64,000 nucleotides of DNA, from NCBI RefSeq assembly GCF_009914755.1, contig NC_060929.1; one strand, written 5' to 3'. Source of the stretch: the human T2T-CHM13v2.0 reference genome, Homo sapiens. The notes under the pieces are model-generated. The model was not told the DNA's origin, ran no database searches, and worked only from the letters and a program-made list of their open reading frames with translations. The translations under genes and the position numbers were made by a program. This document shows, in pieces, positions 48,875 through 62,000 of the stretch. The number at the start of each line of letters is the position of its first letter. Position 1 is the stretch's first letter.

Positions 48875-49087
48875 TGTAACAATATACCATTTCACACCCA
48901 CCAGATTGACACAAACGAAAATGTTTGGCAACATTAAGTCTTGACAATAATATGGAGCAAGAGAACCACTCCTGTATTATAGGTGGGGTATGAACTGGTA
49001 AAAGCACTTTGAAAAGCAATTTGACACTGTCTGGTAAAGTTGATGATGTTCATACATACCTTCATAGCCAGCAGTTCTAGTCCTAGG
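48875..49087 (+). mobile_element. L1ME ORF2 3' fragment
   Basis: ATACCATTTCACACCCACCAGATTG...CACTTTGAAAAGCAATTTG. Confidence 0.7.
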
Positions 49088-49509
49088 CTTCAAACTTCCT
49101 GTTAATATTCTTTTTTTGTGCTTGATGGATTATATTAGGCATTTAAAAAATTATTCATCTTTAGATTGAGTATATCTGTCACATAATCTGATGTGTAAAA
49201 TATTACTGATTAAGGAAAATAAAAATTATACATGAAAGCATTGGAAAAATGATTAAGGCAAGTTAGTAAAAACTATCATTAAGGTAGGTGTGTATGAAAA
49301 ACATTAATGATTAAAAAGAACACTGTAAAAGTCCAGGAGTCATTTCTCAGACTGTTTTGTAATTTATTATGTTTTAGCTCCCTTTTAATGAAAGACTAAG
49401 TAAAATTTGAATCTCAAGAGTTGTACTCTAAGGAAAGGTCCAAACCCTGTATCAAATGACCACTTAAGTAAAAATATAAGCTTTCATTGAAAAGTTAAAC
49501 CTTAAAGTA

Positions 49510-50060
49510 TGTCTGAATCAGTTAGGATGCTTTCATAGTCAAGGAATAGAATTTCCTAATAAAAATTTCTCAAGCAGTAAATGTATTTAATTATTTCACA
49601 TAAGAATTTCATGCTTAGACCATTTCAGTTTTGATGAATTAACATGTAAAGGATGATCGAGTCTCTTGGACTGCTTTTCTGAGATTTTCTGGGTAGCAGT
49701 GTGGCTCTCATGGAACCAAATTTATATCCTTAGGTGGCATCATCCCTGGCAGATGGAAGGTGGCACAGCTTCTCTTCACATCTTACTCTCCAATCATCAT
49801 GGAGAAGGGCCTTATATAACTTCTTAGCAGATTTCCTCTTGTCTCAGGATACAGTATTGCATCACATGCCCATCCTTAAATGATGGCAATATTCAACCAG
49901 TTTGCTAAAATGCTGCAGACTGATCCAGGTTTATATCTTGAGGCTGAGGAGGAGTCTACCTGCAGGGGAAACATTGCCACCCAAATAAAAGTGTCATGGG
50001 TCAGCTAAGAAGGAAGTGTCACATGGCTTTTATATCAGGATCAACATTGTCTGCCACAGG
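49510..50060. mobile_element. Ancient LTR relic (MLT1/LTR33-like)
   Basis: TCAGTTAGGATGCTTT and CATCACATGCCCATCCTTAAA motifs, highly degenerate. Confidence 0.45.
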
Positions 50061-50473
50061 ATTTAACTGTTTTTTTAAATGATTCCTGTTTTTTATTTTA
50101 ACCAACTTTTCTGATTAAACTGTTATCCTAATTGTGTCCGATATGAGAGCTGTATCTGTACTTGATGATATCATATAACAATTAGGATTTTTATTGTCAA
50201 TTTTGCTAAAATTTCTTAATCCAACTTGTTAGAATTTTTAAATATATTTACCTCTGTCAGTCTTGAGCTATTTGTTTTTGTTGGAATTGTCTCTTAAAAT
50301 AATGGGTGTTAAATGTTACTGCTTTACTTTTGAGAGTTACTTGATGTTATCCTATTTAAATATAGTTTAGATAATAATTATACCGCACTATTATTGTCTC
50401 TTATGAAAGTTAAGTTGAAGATTTTGTAGGAGTACATAATAGGGATTTACCAACTTAGTTGGGGTAGAAAATG

Positions 50474-50795
<322 letters not shown>

Positions 50796-51689
50796 TTACT
50801 TTGAATGCCACCACCATTATTCTCCTACATTGAAATATTTTTCTTACATACATAATTTACGAGGTCAAATAATACTACAAGGGTGTAATGAAAAACAGTG
50901 TTCCCCTACCTCACTGTCCCCATTCTGGTCTTCTGACCCTAAGTCCCCTGTTTCACAACTCTGGGGGCACCACTCCCAGAGAACTCAATCTGAATAATGC
51001 CCCTGGAGTTGCGGAACACAAGTCCTGCTTGGTCCTTAGGGATCTCTTGCGGTTTCTTCTGGCCTTCACATCCTACATCTAAAACATGTGAGTGTACCTC
51101 TGTTTCTTGATTTTTTCAATCTTAGATATCATCCAATCCTCTTCTGGAGGATGAAGAGTTAATTGTGTAAAATGCCTCCCAATTTAATTATGTCACACAT
51201 TTAAGTTTATTTAATATTCAGGGATCATATAGCTATGATTAACACATTTTTGTTTACTTAATATTCAGAGATTATATTCCTTTTATTAGCAACTATTGTT
51301 CAGAGCTGAGTCACATAGAAGCTGATCACATTCCTTTTCTTACACAAATTTTAATTTATCCCAGATGCAACAGTAACCTCATTTGTTTGGGGGGAGGAAA
51401 GTTTCTAGGTGTCTACCTCTAATTTTCTTCCAAATTCTCCAAAAAAAAAACTCTGAAGTTTCCTCTCAATAGATCGAGACACCTGGAAATTTGATAGCAT
51501 GCTTTTTCTTTTGCCTCCAGCCAATGTCATTTCCTGCTTTTTAGGTTGTTGGTTTTCCCCCTGGCTTACTGCGTAGTTGTCTTCCAGGAAATTTCTTTCA
51601 GCATCTTTCTGGGAATTCCCTTTTCCTCCTCTGGATTTTAAATTTCCTGTTTTCAGAATCCTCTGTCTTCCTTTTTCATGGTGAACTTC

Positions 51690-52760
51690 CTTGTTTCCAT
51701 GAAAGCTCTGTAAAGGAAACAGTGTCCCACTCTGGAGGAACTGGGGAAGATTTCATAGAGGAAGTGAAAATTGAGTTGGGATTAGAGAATGTGTAGGAAT
51801 TTTCTAGAAAAGAGTAATCCATGCAGAAAAAATAGCGTGTGTAACCACCCATAAGCATTAAACTCATAAGTGAGAAATCCATAGGTTATTAGGTATGGAA
51901 GTTTGGGAAAGTCGAAGTTGATGCTGTAAAGTGTAGTCAAATTTTGAAGAGCAATATATAACATGTTAAAGATTTTGAAACTTGGGTGTGTGCAGTGGCT
52001 CATGGGCCCGAGTGAGGCGGGAGGCTGAGGTGGGAGGATTGCTTGAGTGCAGGAGTTTGAGACCAGCCTAGGCAACATAATGAGACCTCTTCTCTACAAA
52101 AAATAAACAAAATTAGCTTGGCATGATGGCATGTGCCTGTAGCCCCAGCTACCCAGGAGGCTGGGGTTGAGCCTGGGAGGTTGAGGCTGGAGTGAAATGA
52201 GATTGTGCCACTGTGCTCCAGCCTGGGCAATGGAGCCAGACCTTGTCTCAAATAAAAAAAAAAAAAGATTTTGCAACTTTTTTTTAAAGACCATAGTGAG
52301 CTGAAAGAAGTCTTTAATAAGTTAAGAGATATTATTATATAATAAGTACTTTTTAATAAATGTAATTCTGGGAGCACTTTAGAGAGTGGACCAAATTGAA
52401 AACAAGTGGGGACAGGGACAGCAGTTGGGAGACTGTTGCATTAGTCTTGTTGAAAGATGATGAAGCAATTTTTGTAACATGGAGGCAAGAAGCTCAGCCA
52501 GATTGGAGAGAAATTTTAGAGACAGCATTGAAAGATCATGCTGATTCATAGAGGGTTGAGAAGAAAGGAGTCTCCGAGAAAGACTGAAATTTATAGTTTA
52601 GGATAATGATATTGGATATGCTGTAAACTCTGATAGAGATTATCTGAGATAAAATAGATTAAAGTTGGGGAAGGAAGATAACAAGTTTAGCTATGAATGT
52701 GGTAAGATTTGGAGACTATGACAGGACACTGAGATGGAAATACCTGGTACCCAAATAAAA
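51690..52760 (-). mobile_element. L2 fragment interrupted by AluJ
   Basis: Purine-rich antisense L2 motifs (GGAAGATTTCATAGAGGAAGTGA; GCAGTTGGGAGACTGTTGCATTAGTC). Confidence 0.6.
51984..52263 (+). mobile_element. AluJ (internally deleted)
   Basis: GGAGGATTGCTTGAG and GAGGTTGAGGCTG are J diagnostics. TSD AAAGATTTTG[A/C]AACTT at 51968 and 52264. Confidence 0.9.
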
Positions 52761-53054
52761 TAGGAAAATAATATTGTCAATGCTGTAATTGTGGCTATAT
52801 AGCATTATGAGATTATTCCAGTCAGGGAAGTTTATCAGCATTACTTGGAAACTAGTTTCAAAATATCCCTCCTGTTTTTTCTTCTGGAGAATTTGATGTA
52901 TTTTCTATTGGTTAAATTTAAGTATAAAGAATTCTAATTTTTATGATTTAATTTTAACTCTCTTCTTAGTAACAGAATAATTTTGTATGTGTTGTTTTAT
53001 AATGACCATCAAATTATTATATGATCTTTGTATATTTATATTTCTCTTGCAAAG

Positions 53055-53147
53055 GTAAAATGTGGACACAACAGCACTGATTCCAAAAGAGATATGCTTT
53101 TCAAATTCAAAATTGCTGCTTTTGAGACCAAAATTATCACCCTTTGA
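53055..53147 (+). CDS. Candidate terminal coding exon of an unidentified host gene (VKCGHNSTDSKRDMLFKFKIAAFETKIITL*)
   Basis: Pyrimidine tract plus AG (TATTTCTCTTGCAAAG|), 30 open codons in phase 0, TGA at 53145, then AATAAA at 53217 and 53251. Lies in non-repeat sequence. Confidence 0.45.
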   Translation, partial: VKCGHNSTDSKRDMLFKFKIAAFETKIITL

Positions 53148-54930
53148 TTTGAATGATAGATTATCTATGTGGAATGGATTTGACCTAAGGCAATTAAAGA
53201 TACTTTTGAAAAAAGAAATAAACTTGATTCTTTTCATTTATCTGCACCTAAATAAAATCACCATTTACATTTTAAATTGCATTCAATTACTTGGTAATGT
53301 ATTCTTGCAGTTATATTATGTACACTTACATTGTCATATTCTGAGTTTGCTAAACTTTGATGCCACCTTGTTAGAAGCAAATGTTAACCTATCACGTATA
53401 TAGAAAATGGCAACCTATATTTCAAGTTAATTTTCCAAATGGATAAATGACAGAGTTTGAAGTAAAGTGTTAAATTTTAACATCTACTTTTTGCCTGAAA
53501 AACACCTTTCTAAGCAAATAGCATTCCCCCCAGACACTTAAAATCTGTCTGTATTTTCCATGGATAACACACAGGTAGTGCATGAAAGCAATCTTTCTCA
53601 TTAGTCTTTTTATTTTATTTTATTTTATTTTCAGAGAGGTATCTTGTTTGAGAAGCAGTTTTCAAGACTAATTATTAAACCATGTCACCTTTCCTGTAAG
53701 AATTTAATGTATATGTATATATCATCAGATAAGGACAAGTTTCCACAATACAAAAAAAGTGATATTTAATGTCTTCATTTGGTGAGAGAGAGAAATGAGC
53801 CAAGGTGTTATCATAGAGAATTTTGTAAAGCTGTTTTGATGCTTCTGCTTATATCACAAACCATAACAGAGTTAAATACTATCGGACTCTCTAAGATTAA
53901 ACGGTATTTTGAAGAGTGTATGTTAGGATCCTTTCCTTGACTGGTTTTATACCTCTTATGTTTAAGCAGAGTTATTCCATTCAAAAAATAATACATTTAT
54001 TGATCATTTGTAAAATGCCATTACATTATTTTTCTGGTTCATTCATTAATTTAACAAATATTTACTGAGCACTTACTCTGTACCAGGCAGTGCTGTAGGT
54101 AAATAATTGTTTTGTTAGGATAACATGAAAGTACTTGTTGTGTTGATAACTTAGGATAATGTAGTTACTGATTTGGGGATGTCTGTAAAACTTTACTATT
54201 CTGAGGTTAAGGCCATGTCAATTTCTGAATGCATAATGATTATTTTTATTTTTAGTTTCTGGGTTGAATAATATGGAAGCCTATCTGGAGCACATCAAAC
54301 CAAATATATATATATATATCATATATATGCACTTAATATCTGGTTTCTGGCTTTGGTGAAAGCCTATAATTATTAAATAGTAAAAATTGATTAGTTTTAG
54401 CTTAGTCTTTACCTGATGATATATACATATTTTGTTCTATTATTCCTACCTGTCCCCATCTTCTCCTTCCCTCTTAACAACAGAACACAATAAAAATAAT
54501 GTTTCAATAAAGGAGCGAACTATTATTTATTCTTTCAACATGCTTATGGTGTCTTTATCAAGAGTATTTGCTTTGCAAATATTCCTTTGCTAGAAATTCA
54601 TTATAATAATATCAATCATAATAACAACAGTGCTTATTTATTAAATACTTAATATATGCTGACATTATGTAGAAACTTTGCATATATTATTTAAAGGAAA
54701 TAAGCAAATCAACTAAAGCCTAAGGTGGCTTCATTCTTTTCAGGTATGCTCATCTATGGATCCTTATTTTCTCTTAGCAATCCAGTTATTGGTTATGGTT
54801 TCAGATTATATTTCAGGACCTCCTTAGATTTTTTCCTTTTGCTCTATGTTAAGTGGGAAATTAAAAAGCAAACAAATAGATACATAAAATAAAATAAAAT
54901 CCTTTCATATTGCCCTTTATTATCTCTTAG

Positions 54931-55225
54931 ATGACAATTACATGCAAATCAAGAGAGGATCTTCATGCATGCAAATTAATTTAGTGTTTTCCACTTTGAC
55001 AATGTGACAGTAGGCCAGACGGTGATGATTCCCGTCCTCACCTGGCAGCTCAGTGTCTGCACTGCTGTGCGTCTCCCCCTTCTCACCTTGCCTTTTGAGA
55101 GATCTGGCTGGTTTTAGGAGCACTGTTACTAAATTCAACATTGCATCTAGACTTGAGAGTTCTTTGTTCACATCTGATTTGAGAAAGATGTTTGAATAAA
55201 TTCTGTCTGTCCTGTTTGCATGGAA
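54931..55225 (+). other. Second candidate terminal exon and/or octamer-containing regulatory element
   Basis: CCCTTTATTATCTCTTAG| acceptor, AATAAA at 55195-55200 followed by a GT-rich tract, and two ATGCAAAT motifs (54942, 54969). Confidence 0.3.
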
Positions 55226-55796
55226 CGAGAAACAGGACTAATTGTTTTATGGAAACCTCAATCTGCGGTTTGAATGAATTTTATGATAAATGAGTGTGAG
55301 AAGACTAGTATTGATATTGCCTTCTAGTTTTGGGGCCTAATAAAAATTTTAATCCTTCTCAGAAAATATGGAATTGTCATGTCAATAAATCTTGTCTGAT
55401 ACCTAAACAAGAAGTCAATATTTATTAAATAGACATGAGAATAGGACTTGGTCTTCTATAAGTTTACTATAAAAACTAATATGCTGATAGTGCTCAGCCA
55501 GTGTAAATGTTATTATTAAATATTCTTAAATAGACATAAGATTATCCAAGAACAGTATTAATGATTAAGTATGAATTGAATCCATTTTGGATTATCATTG
55601 AATTCTATATCCTTTAAGAAGATTTATCTTCTTTCTTCAATTTATTTCTTTCACTTTTTTTTTTTGCATCAAGGAACTTTCAGTACCAAGGTTGTATAAA
55701 CAGTCAACATTTTCCAATAATTTCTCCTAACTCTAATGAATTATAGTCATCTCTGGATGATATAAACAAAGGATAATTTCATTCATAGTTATTCTT

Positions 55797-55838
55797 GTGT
55801 GTGTGTGTGTGTATGAGAGAGAGAGAGAGAGAGAGAGA
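55797..55838. repeat. (TG)n(AG)n microsatellite
   Basis: Directly visible in the sequence. Confidence 0.9.
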
Positions 55839-56014
55839 AGATATTTAAATTGAAGGAAATTAAAATGAGTTTCAATTAGGTATCCAGATACAGTAGATGT
55901 GAAATTAGACAGTGAGATGAAACCATATGTAATATTAAAATGTCTCATGATTCTTGAGCTACTTCACTGAAAATCACCTGTGAGTGTGTAGAGAAGAAAG
56001 AATTGGTAAAGAGA

Positions 56015-59000
56015 TTTTTTTTTTTAAATTATACTTTAAGTTCTGGGATACATGTGCAGAACATGCGGGTTTGTTACATAGGTATACACATGCTATGGTA
56101 GTTTGCTGCACCCATCAACCTGTCATCTACATTAGGTATTTCCCCTAATCTTATCCCTCCCCTCGCCCCCCACCCCCTGACAGGCCCCAGTGTGTGATGT
56201 TACCCTCCCTGTGTCCATGTGTTCTCATTGTTCAACTCCCACCTATGAGTGAGAACATGTAGTGTTTAGTTTTCTGTTCTTGTGTTAGTTTGCTGAGAAT
56301 GATGGTTTCCAGCTTCATCCACATACCTGCAAAGGACACGAACTCATCCATTTTCATGGCTGCATAGTATTCCATGGTATATATGTGCCATATTTTCTTT
56401 ATCCAGTGTATCATTGATGGGCATTTGGGTTGGTTCCAAGTCTTTGCTATTGTGGACAGTGCTGCAATAAGCATATGTGTGCATGTGTCCTTATAGTAGG
56501 ATGATTTATAATCCTTTGGGTGTATACCCAGTAATGAGATTGCTGGGTCAAATGGTATTTCTAGTTCTAGATCCTTGAAGAACCGCCACATTGTCTTCCA
56601 CAATGGTTGAACTAATTTACACTCCCACCAACAGTGTGAAAGTGTTCCTATTTCTCCACATCCTCTTCAGCAGCTGTGGTTTCCTGACTTTTTAATGATC
56701 GCCATTCTAACTGGCGTTAGATGGTATCTCATTGTGGTTTTGATTTGCATTTCTCTAATGACCATTGATGATGAGCTTGTTTTCATATGTTTGTTGGCTG
56801 CATAAATGTCTTCTCTTGACGAGTGTCTATTCATATCCTTCGCCCACTTTTTGATGGGATTTTTTTTCTTGTAAATTTGTTTAAGTTCTTTGTAGATTGT
56901 GGATATTAGCCCTTTATCAGATGGATAGATTGCAAAAATTTTCTCCCATTCTTTGGTTGCCTGTTCACTCTGAAGATAGTTTCTTTTGCTGTACAGAAGC
57001 CCTTTAGTTTAATTAGATCCCATTTGTCTATTTTGGCTTTTGTTGCCATTGCTTTTGGTGTTTTAGTCATGAAGTCTTCACCCATTCCTGTGTTCTGAAT
57101 GGTATTGCCTAGGTTTTTTTCTAGGGTTTTTATGGTTTTAGGTTTTACATTTAAGTCTTTACTCCATCGTGAGTTTATTTTTGTATAAGGTTTAAGGAAG
57201 GGATCCAGTTTCAGTTTTCTGCACATGGCTAGCCAGTTTTCCCAACATCATTCATTAAATAGGGGATCCTTTCCCCATTGCTTGTTTTTGTCAGGTTTGT
57301 CAAAGATCAGATGGTTGTAAATGTGTGGTTATTTCTGAGGCCTCTGTTCTGTTCCATTGGTCTGTGTATCTGTTTTGGTACCAGTACCATGCTATTTTGG
57401 TTACTGTAGCCTTGTAGTATAGGTTGAAGTCAGGTAGCATGTTGCCTCCAGCTTTGTTCTTTTTGCTTAGGATTGTCTTGGCTATACAGGCTCTTTTTTG
57501 GTTCCATATGAACTTTAAAGTAGTTTTTTTCTAATTCTGTGAAGAAAGTCATTGGTAGCTTGATGGGGATAGCATTGAGTCTATAAATTACCTTGGGCAG
57601 TATGGCCATTTTCTTGATATTGATTCTTCCTATCCATAAGCATGGAATGTTCTTCCATTTGTTTGTGTCCTCTCTTATTTCCGTGAGCAGTGGTTTGTAG
57701 TTCTCCTTGAAGAGGTCCTTCACATCCCTTATAAGTTAGATTCCTAGGTATTTTATTCTCTTTGAAGCAATTGTGAATGGGAGTTCACTCATGATTTGGC
57801 TCTCTATTATTGGTGTGTAGGAATGTTTGTGATTTTTGCACATTGATTTGGTATCCTGAGACTTTGCTGAAGTTGCTTATCAGCTTAAGGAGACTTTGGG
57901 CTGAGACAATGGGGTTTAAATATATAATCATGCCATCTGCAAAAGGAGAAAACTTGACTTCCTCTTTCCCTAATTGAATACCCTCTCTTTCTTTCTCATG
58001 CCTGATTGCCCTGGCCAGAACTCCCATACTATGATGAATAGGAGTGGCCAGAGAGGGCATCCTTGTCTTCTGATGGTTTTCACAGGGAATGATTCCAGTT
58101 TTTGCCCATTCAGTATGATATTGGCTGTGGGGTTGTTCTAAATAGCTCTTATTAATTTAACATACGTTTCATCAATACCGAGTTTATTGAGAGTTTTTTT
58201 GGCATGAAGACCTGTTGAATTTTGTCAAAGGCCTTTTATGCATCTATTGAGATAATGTGTTTTTTGTCATTGGTTCTGTTTATGTGATGGATTACATTTA
58301 TTGATTTGTGTATGTTGTACCAGACTTCCATCTCAGGGATGAAGCCAACTTGATTGTGGTGGATTAGCTTTTTGATGTGCTGCTGGATTTGGTTTGTCAG
58401 GATTTTATTGAGGATTTTTGCATTGATTTCATCAGGGATATTGGCCTGAAATTTTCTTTCTTTGTTGTGTCTGTGGTTTTGGTATCAGGATGATGCTGGC
58501 CTTATAAAATGAGTTAGGTAGCATTCCCTCTTTTTCTATTGTTTGGAATGGTTCAGAAAGAATGGTACCAGCTACTCTTTGTACCTCTGTTAGAATTCTG
58601 CTGTGAATCCATCTGGTCCTGGACTTTTTTTTATTAGTAGGCTATTATTTACTGCCTCAATTTCAGAACTTTTTATTGGTCTATTCAGGGATTTGACTTC
58701 TTCCTGGTTTTGACTTGGGAGGGTGTATGTGTCCAGGAATTTATCCATTTCTTCTAGATTTTCTAGTTTATTTGGGTAGAGGTGTTTATAATATACTCTG
58801 ATGGTAGTTTGTATTCCTGTGGGATCTGTGGTGATAGCCACTGTATTATTTTTTATTGTGTCTATTTGATTCTTCTCTCTTATTAGTCTGGCTAGCAGTC
58901 TATGAATTTTGTTGATCTTTTCAAAAAACCAGCTCCTGGATTCATTGATTTTTTTGAAGAGTTTTTCTTGTCTCTATATCCTTCAGTTCTGCTCTGATCT

Positions 59001-62000
59001 TATTTATTTCTTGTCTTCTGCTGGCTTTTGAATATGTTTGCTCTTGCTTCTCTAGTTAATTTTAATTGTGATGTTACAGTGTCAATTTTAGATCTTTCAT
59101 GCTTTCTTTTGTGGGCATTTAATGCTATAAATTTTCCTCTAAACACTGCTTTAGCTGTGTCCCAGAGATTTTGGTACATTGTGTCTTTGTTCTCATTGGT
59201 TTCAAAGAACTTATTTATTTCTGCCTTAATTTTGTTATTTACACAGTAGTCATTCAGGAGCAGGTTTTTCAGTTTCCATGTAGTTGTGTGGTTTTGAGTG
59301 AGTTTCTTAATTCTAAGTTCTAATTTGATTGCACTGTGGTCTGAGTGACAGTTTGTTATGATTTTCATTGTTTTGCATTTGTTGAGGAGTGTTTTTATTT
59401 ATTTGTTTGTTTATCTTTTTTTTATTATACTTCAAGTTTTAGGGTACATGTGCACAATGTCCAGGTTTGTTACATATGTATACGTGTGCCATGTTGGTGT
59501 GCTGAACCCATTAACTCTTCATTTAACATCAGGTATGTCTCCTAATGCTATCCTTCCCCCCTCCCCCCACCCCACAACAGGCCCTGGTGTGTGATTTTCC
59601 CCTTCCTGTGTCCATGTGTTCTCATTGTTCAATTGCCACCTGTGAGTGAGAACATGCGGAGTTTAGTTTTTTGTCCTTGTGATAGTTTGCTGAGAATGAT
59701 GGTTTCCAGCTTCATCCATGTCCCTACAAAGGACATGAACTCATCCATTTTTATGGCTGCATAGTATTCCATGGTGTATGTGTGCCACATTTTCTTAATC
59801 CAGTCTCTCATTGTTGGACATTTGGGTTGGTTGCAAGTCTTTGCTATTGTGAATAGTGCCACAATAAACATATGTGTGCATGTGTCTTTATAGCAGCACA
59901 TTTTATAATCCTTTGGGTATATACCCAGTAATGGGATGGCTGGGTCAAATGGTATTTCTAGTTCTAGATCCTTGAGGAATCGCCACACTGACTTCCACCA
60001 TGGTTGAACTAGTTTACGGTCCCACCAACAGTGTAAAAGAGTTCCTATTTCTCCACATCCTCTCCAGCACCTGTTGTTTCCTGACTTTTGAATGATCGCC
60101 ATTCTAACTGGTGTGAGATGGTATCTCATTGTGGTTTTGATTTGCATTTCTCTGATGGCCAGTGATGATGAGCATTTTTTCATGTGTCTTTTGGTTGCAT
60201 AAATGTCTTCTTTTGAGAAGTGTCTGTTCATATCCTTTGCCCACTTTTTGATGGGGTTGTTTGTTTTTTTCTTGTAAATGTGTTTGAGTTCATTGTGGAT
60301 TCTGGATATTAGCCCTTTGTCAGATGAGTAGTTTGCAAAACTTTTCTCCCATTCTGTAGGTTGCCTGTTCACTCTGATGGTAGTTTCTTTTGCTGTGCAG
60401 AAGCTCTTTAGTTTAATTAGATCCCGTTTGTCAATTTTGGCTTTTGTTGCCATTGCTTTTGGTGTTTTAGACATTGCTTTTGGTGTTTTGGTTCCATGCC
60501 TATGTCCTGAATCATATTGCCTATGTTTTCTTCTAGGGTTTTTATGGTTTTAGGTCTAACATTTAAATCTTTAATCCATCTTGAATTAATTTTTGTATAA
60601 GATGTAAGGAAGGGATCCAGTTTCAGCTTTCTACATATGGCTATCCAGTTTTCCCAGCACCATTTATTAAATAGGGAATCCTTTCCCCATTTCTTGTTTT
60701 TGTCAGGTTTGTCAAAGATCAGATAGTTGTAGATATGCAGCATTATTTCTGAGGGCTCTGTTCTGTTCCATTGGTCTGTATCTCTGTTTTGGTACCAGTA
60801 CCGTGCTGTTTTGGTTACTGTAGCTGAGGAGTGTTTTACTTCCAATTATGTGGTCAATTTTAGAATAAGTGTAATGTGTTGGTGAGAAGAATGTATATTC
60901 TGTTGATTTGGAGTGTAGAGTTCTGTGGATGTCTATTAGGTCTGCTTGGTCTAGAGCTGAGTTCAAGTCCTGAATATCCTTGTTAATTCTCTGTCTCATT
61001 GATCTCTCTAATATTGTCAGTGAGGTGTTAAAGTCTCCCACTATTATTGTGTGAGAGTCAAGGTCTCTTTGTAGGTCTCTAAGAACTTGCTTTATGAATC
61101 TGGGTGCTCCTATATTGGGTGCATATATGTTTAGAATAGTTAGCTCTTCTTGTTGTCTTGATCCCTTTACCATTATGTAGTGCCCTTCTTTGTCTCTTTT
61201 CATATTTATTGGTTGAAAGTCTGTTTTTTCAGAGACTAGGATTGCAACCTCTGCTTTTTTTGCTTTCCATGTGGTTGGTAAATATTCCTCCATCCCTTTA
61301 TCTTGAGCCTATGTGTGTTTTTGCACATAAAATGGCTCTCCTAAATATAGCACATTGATGTGTCTTGACTCTTTATCCAATTTGCCAGTCTCTGTCTTTT
61401 AATTGGGGCATTTATCCTATTTACATTTAAGGTTAATATTGTTATATGTGAATTTGATCCCATCATTATGATGCTAGCTGGTTATTTTGCCAGTTAGTTG
61501 GTGCAGTTTCTTCATAGTGTCGATGGTCTTTACACTTTGGTATGCTTTTGCAGTAGCTGGTACCATCTTTTCCTTTCCGTATTAATGCTTCCTTCAGAGG
61601 ATCTTGAAGACAGGCCTGGTGCTGACAAAATCTCTCCGCGTTTGCTTGTGTGTAAAGGATTTTATTTCTCCTTCATTTATGAAGCTTAGTTTGGCCGGAT
61701 ATGAAATTCTGGATTGAAAATTCTTCTCTTTAAGCATGTTTAATATTGCCCCCCACTCTCTTCTGTTTTGTAGGGTTTCTGCAGAGAGATCCACTGTTAG
61801 TCTGATGGGCTTTCCTTTGTGGGTAACCTGACCTTTCTCTTTGGCTGCCCTTAACATTTTTTCCTTCATTTCTACCTTGGTGAATCTGACAATTATGTGT
61901 CTTGGGGTTGCACTTCTCGAGCATTATCTTTATGGTGTTCTCTGTAATTTTTGAGTTTGAATGTTGGCCTGTCTTGCTAGGTTGGGGAAGTTCTCCTGGA

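Noticed and set aside
53062-53403. 113-aa ORF from the track
   Set aside because: It starts at GTG and has low-complexity AT-rich composition. The spliced phase-0 frame from 53055 is more plausible.
60417-61293. ORFs 60417..60845 and 60712..61293 as novel proteins
   Set aside because: They read across the junction between the nested L1 and the host L1 endonuclease region.
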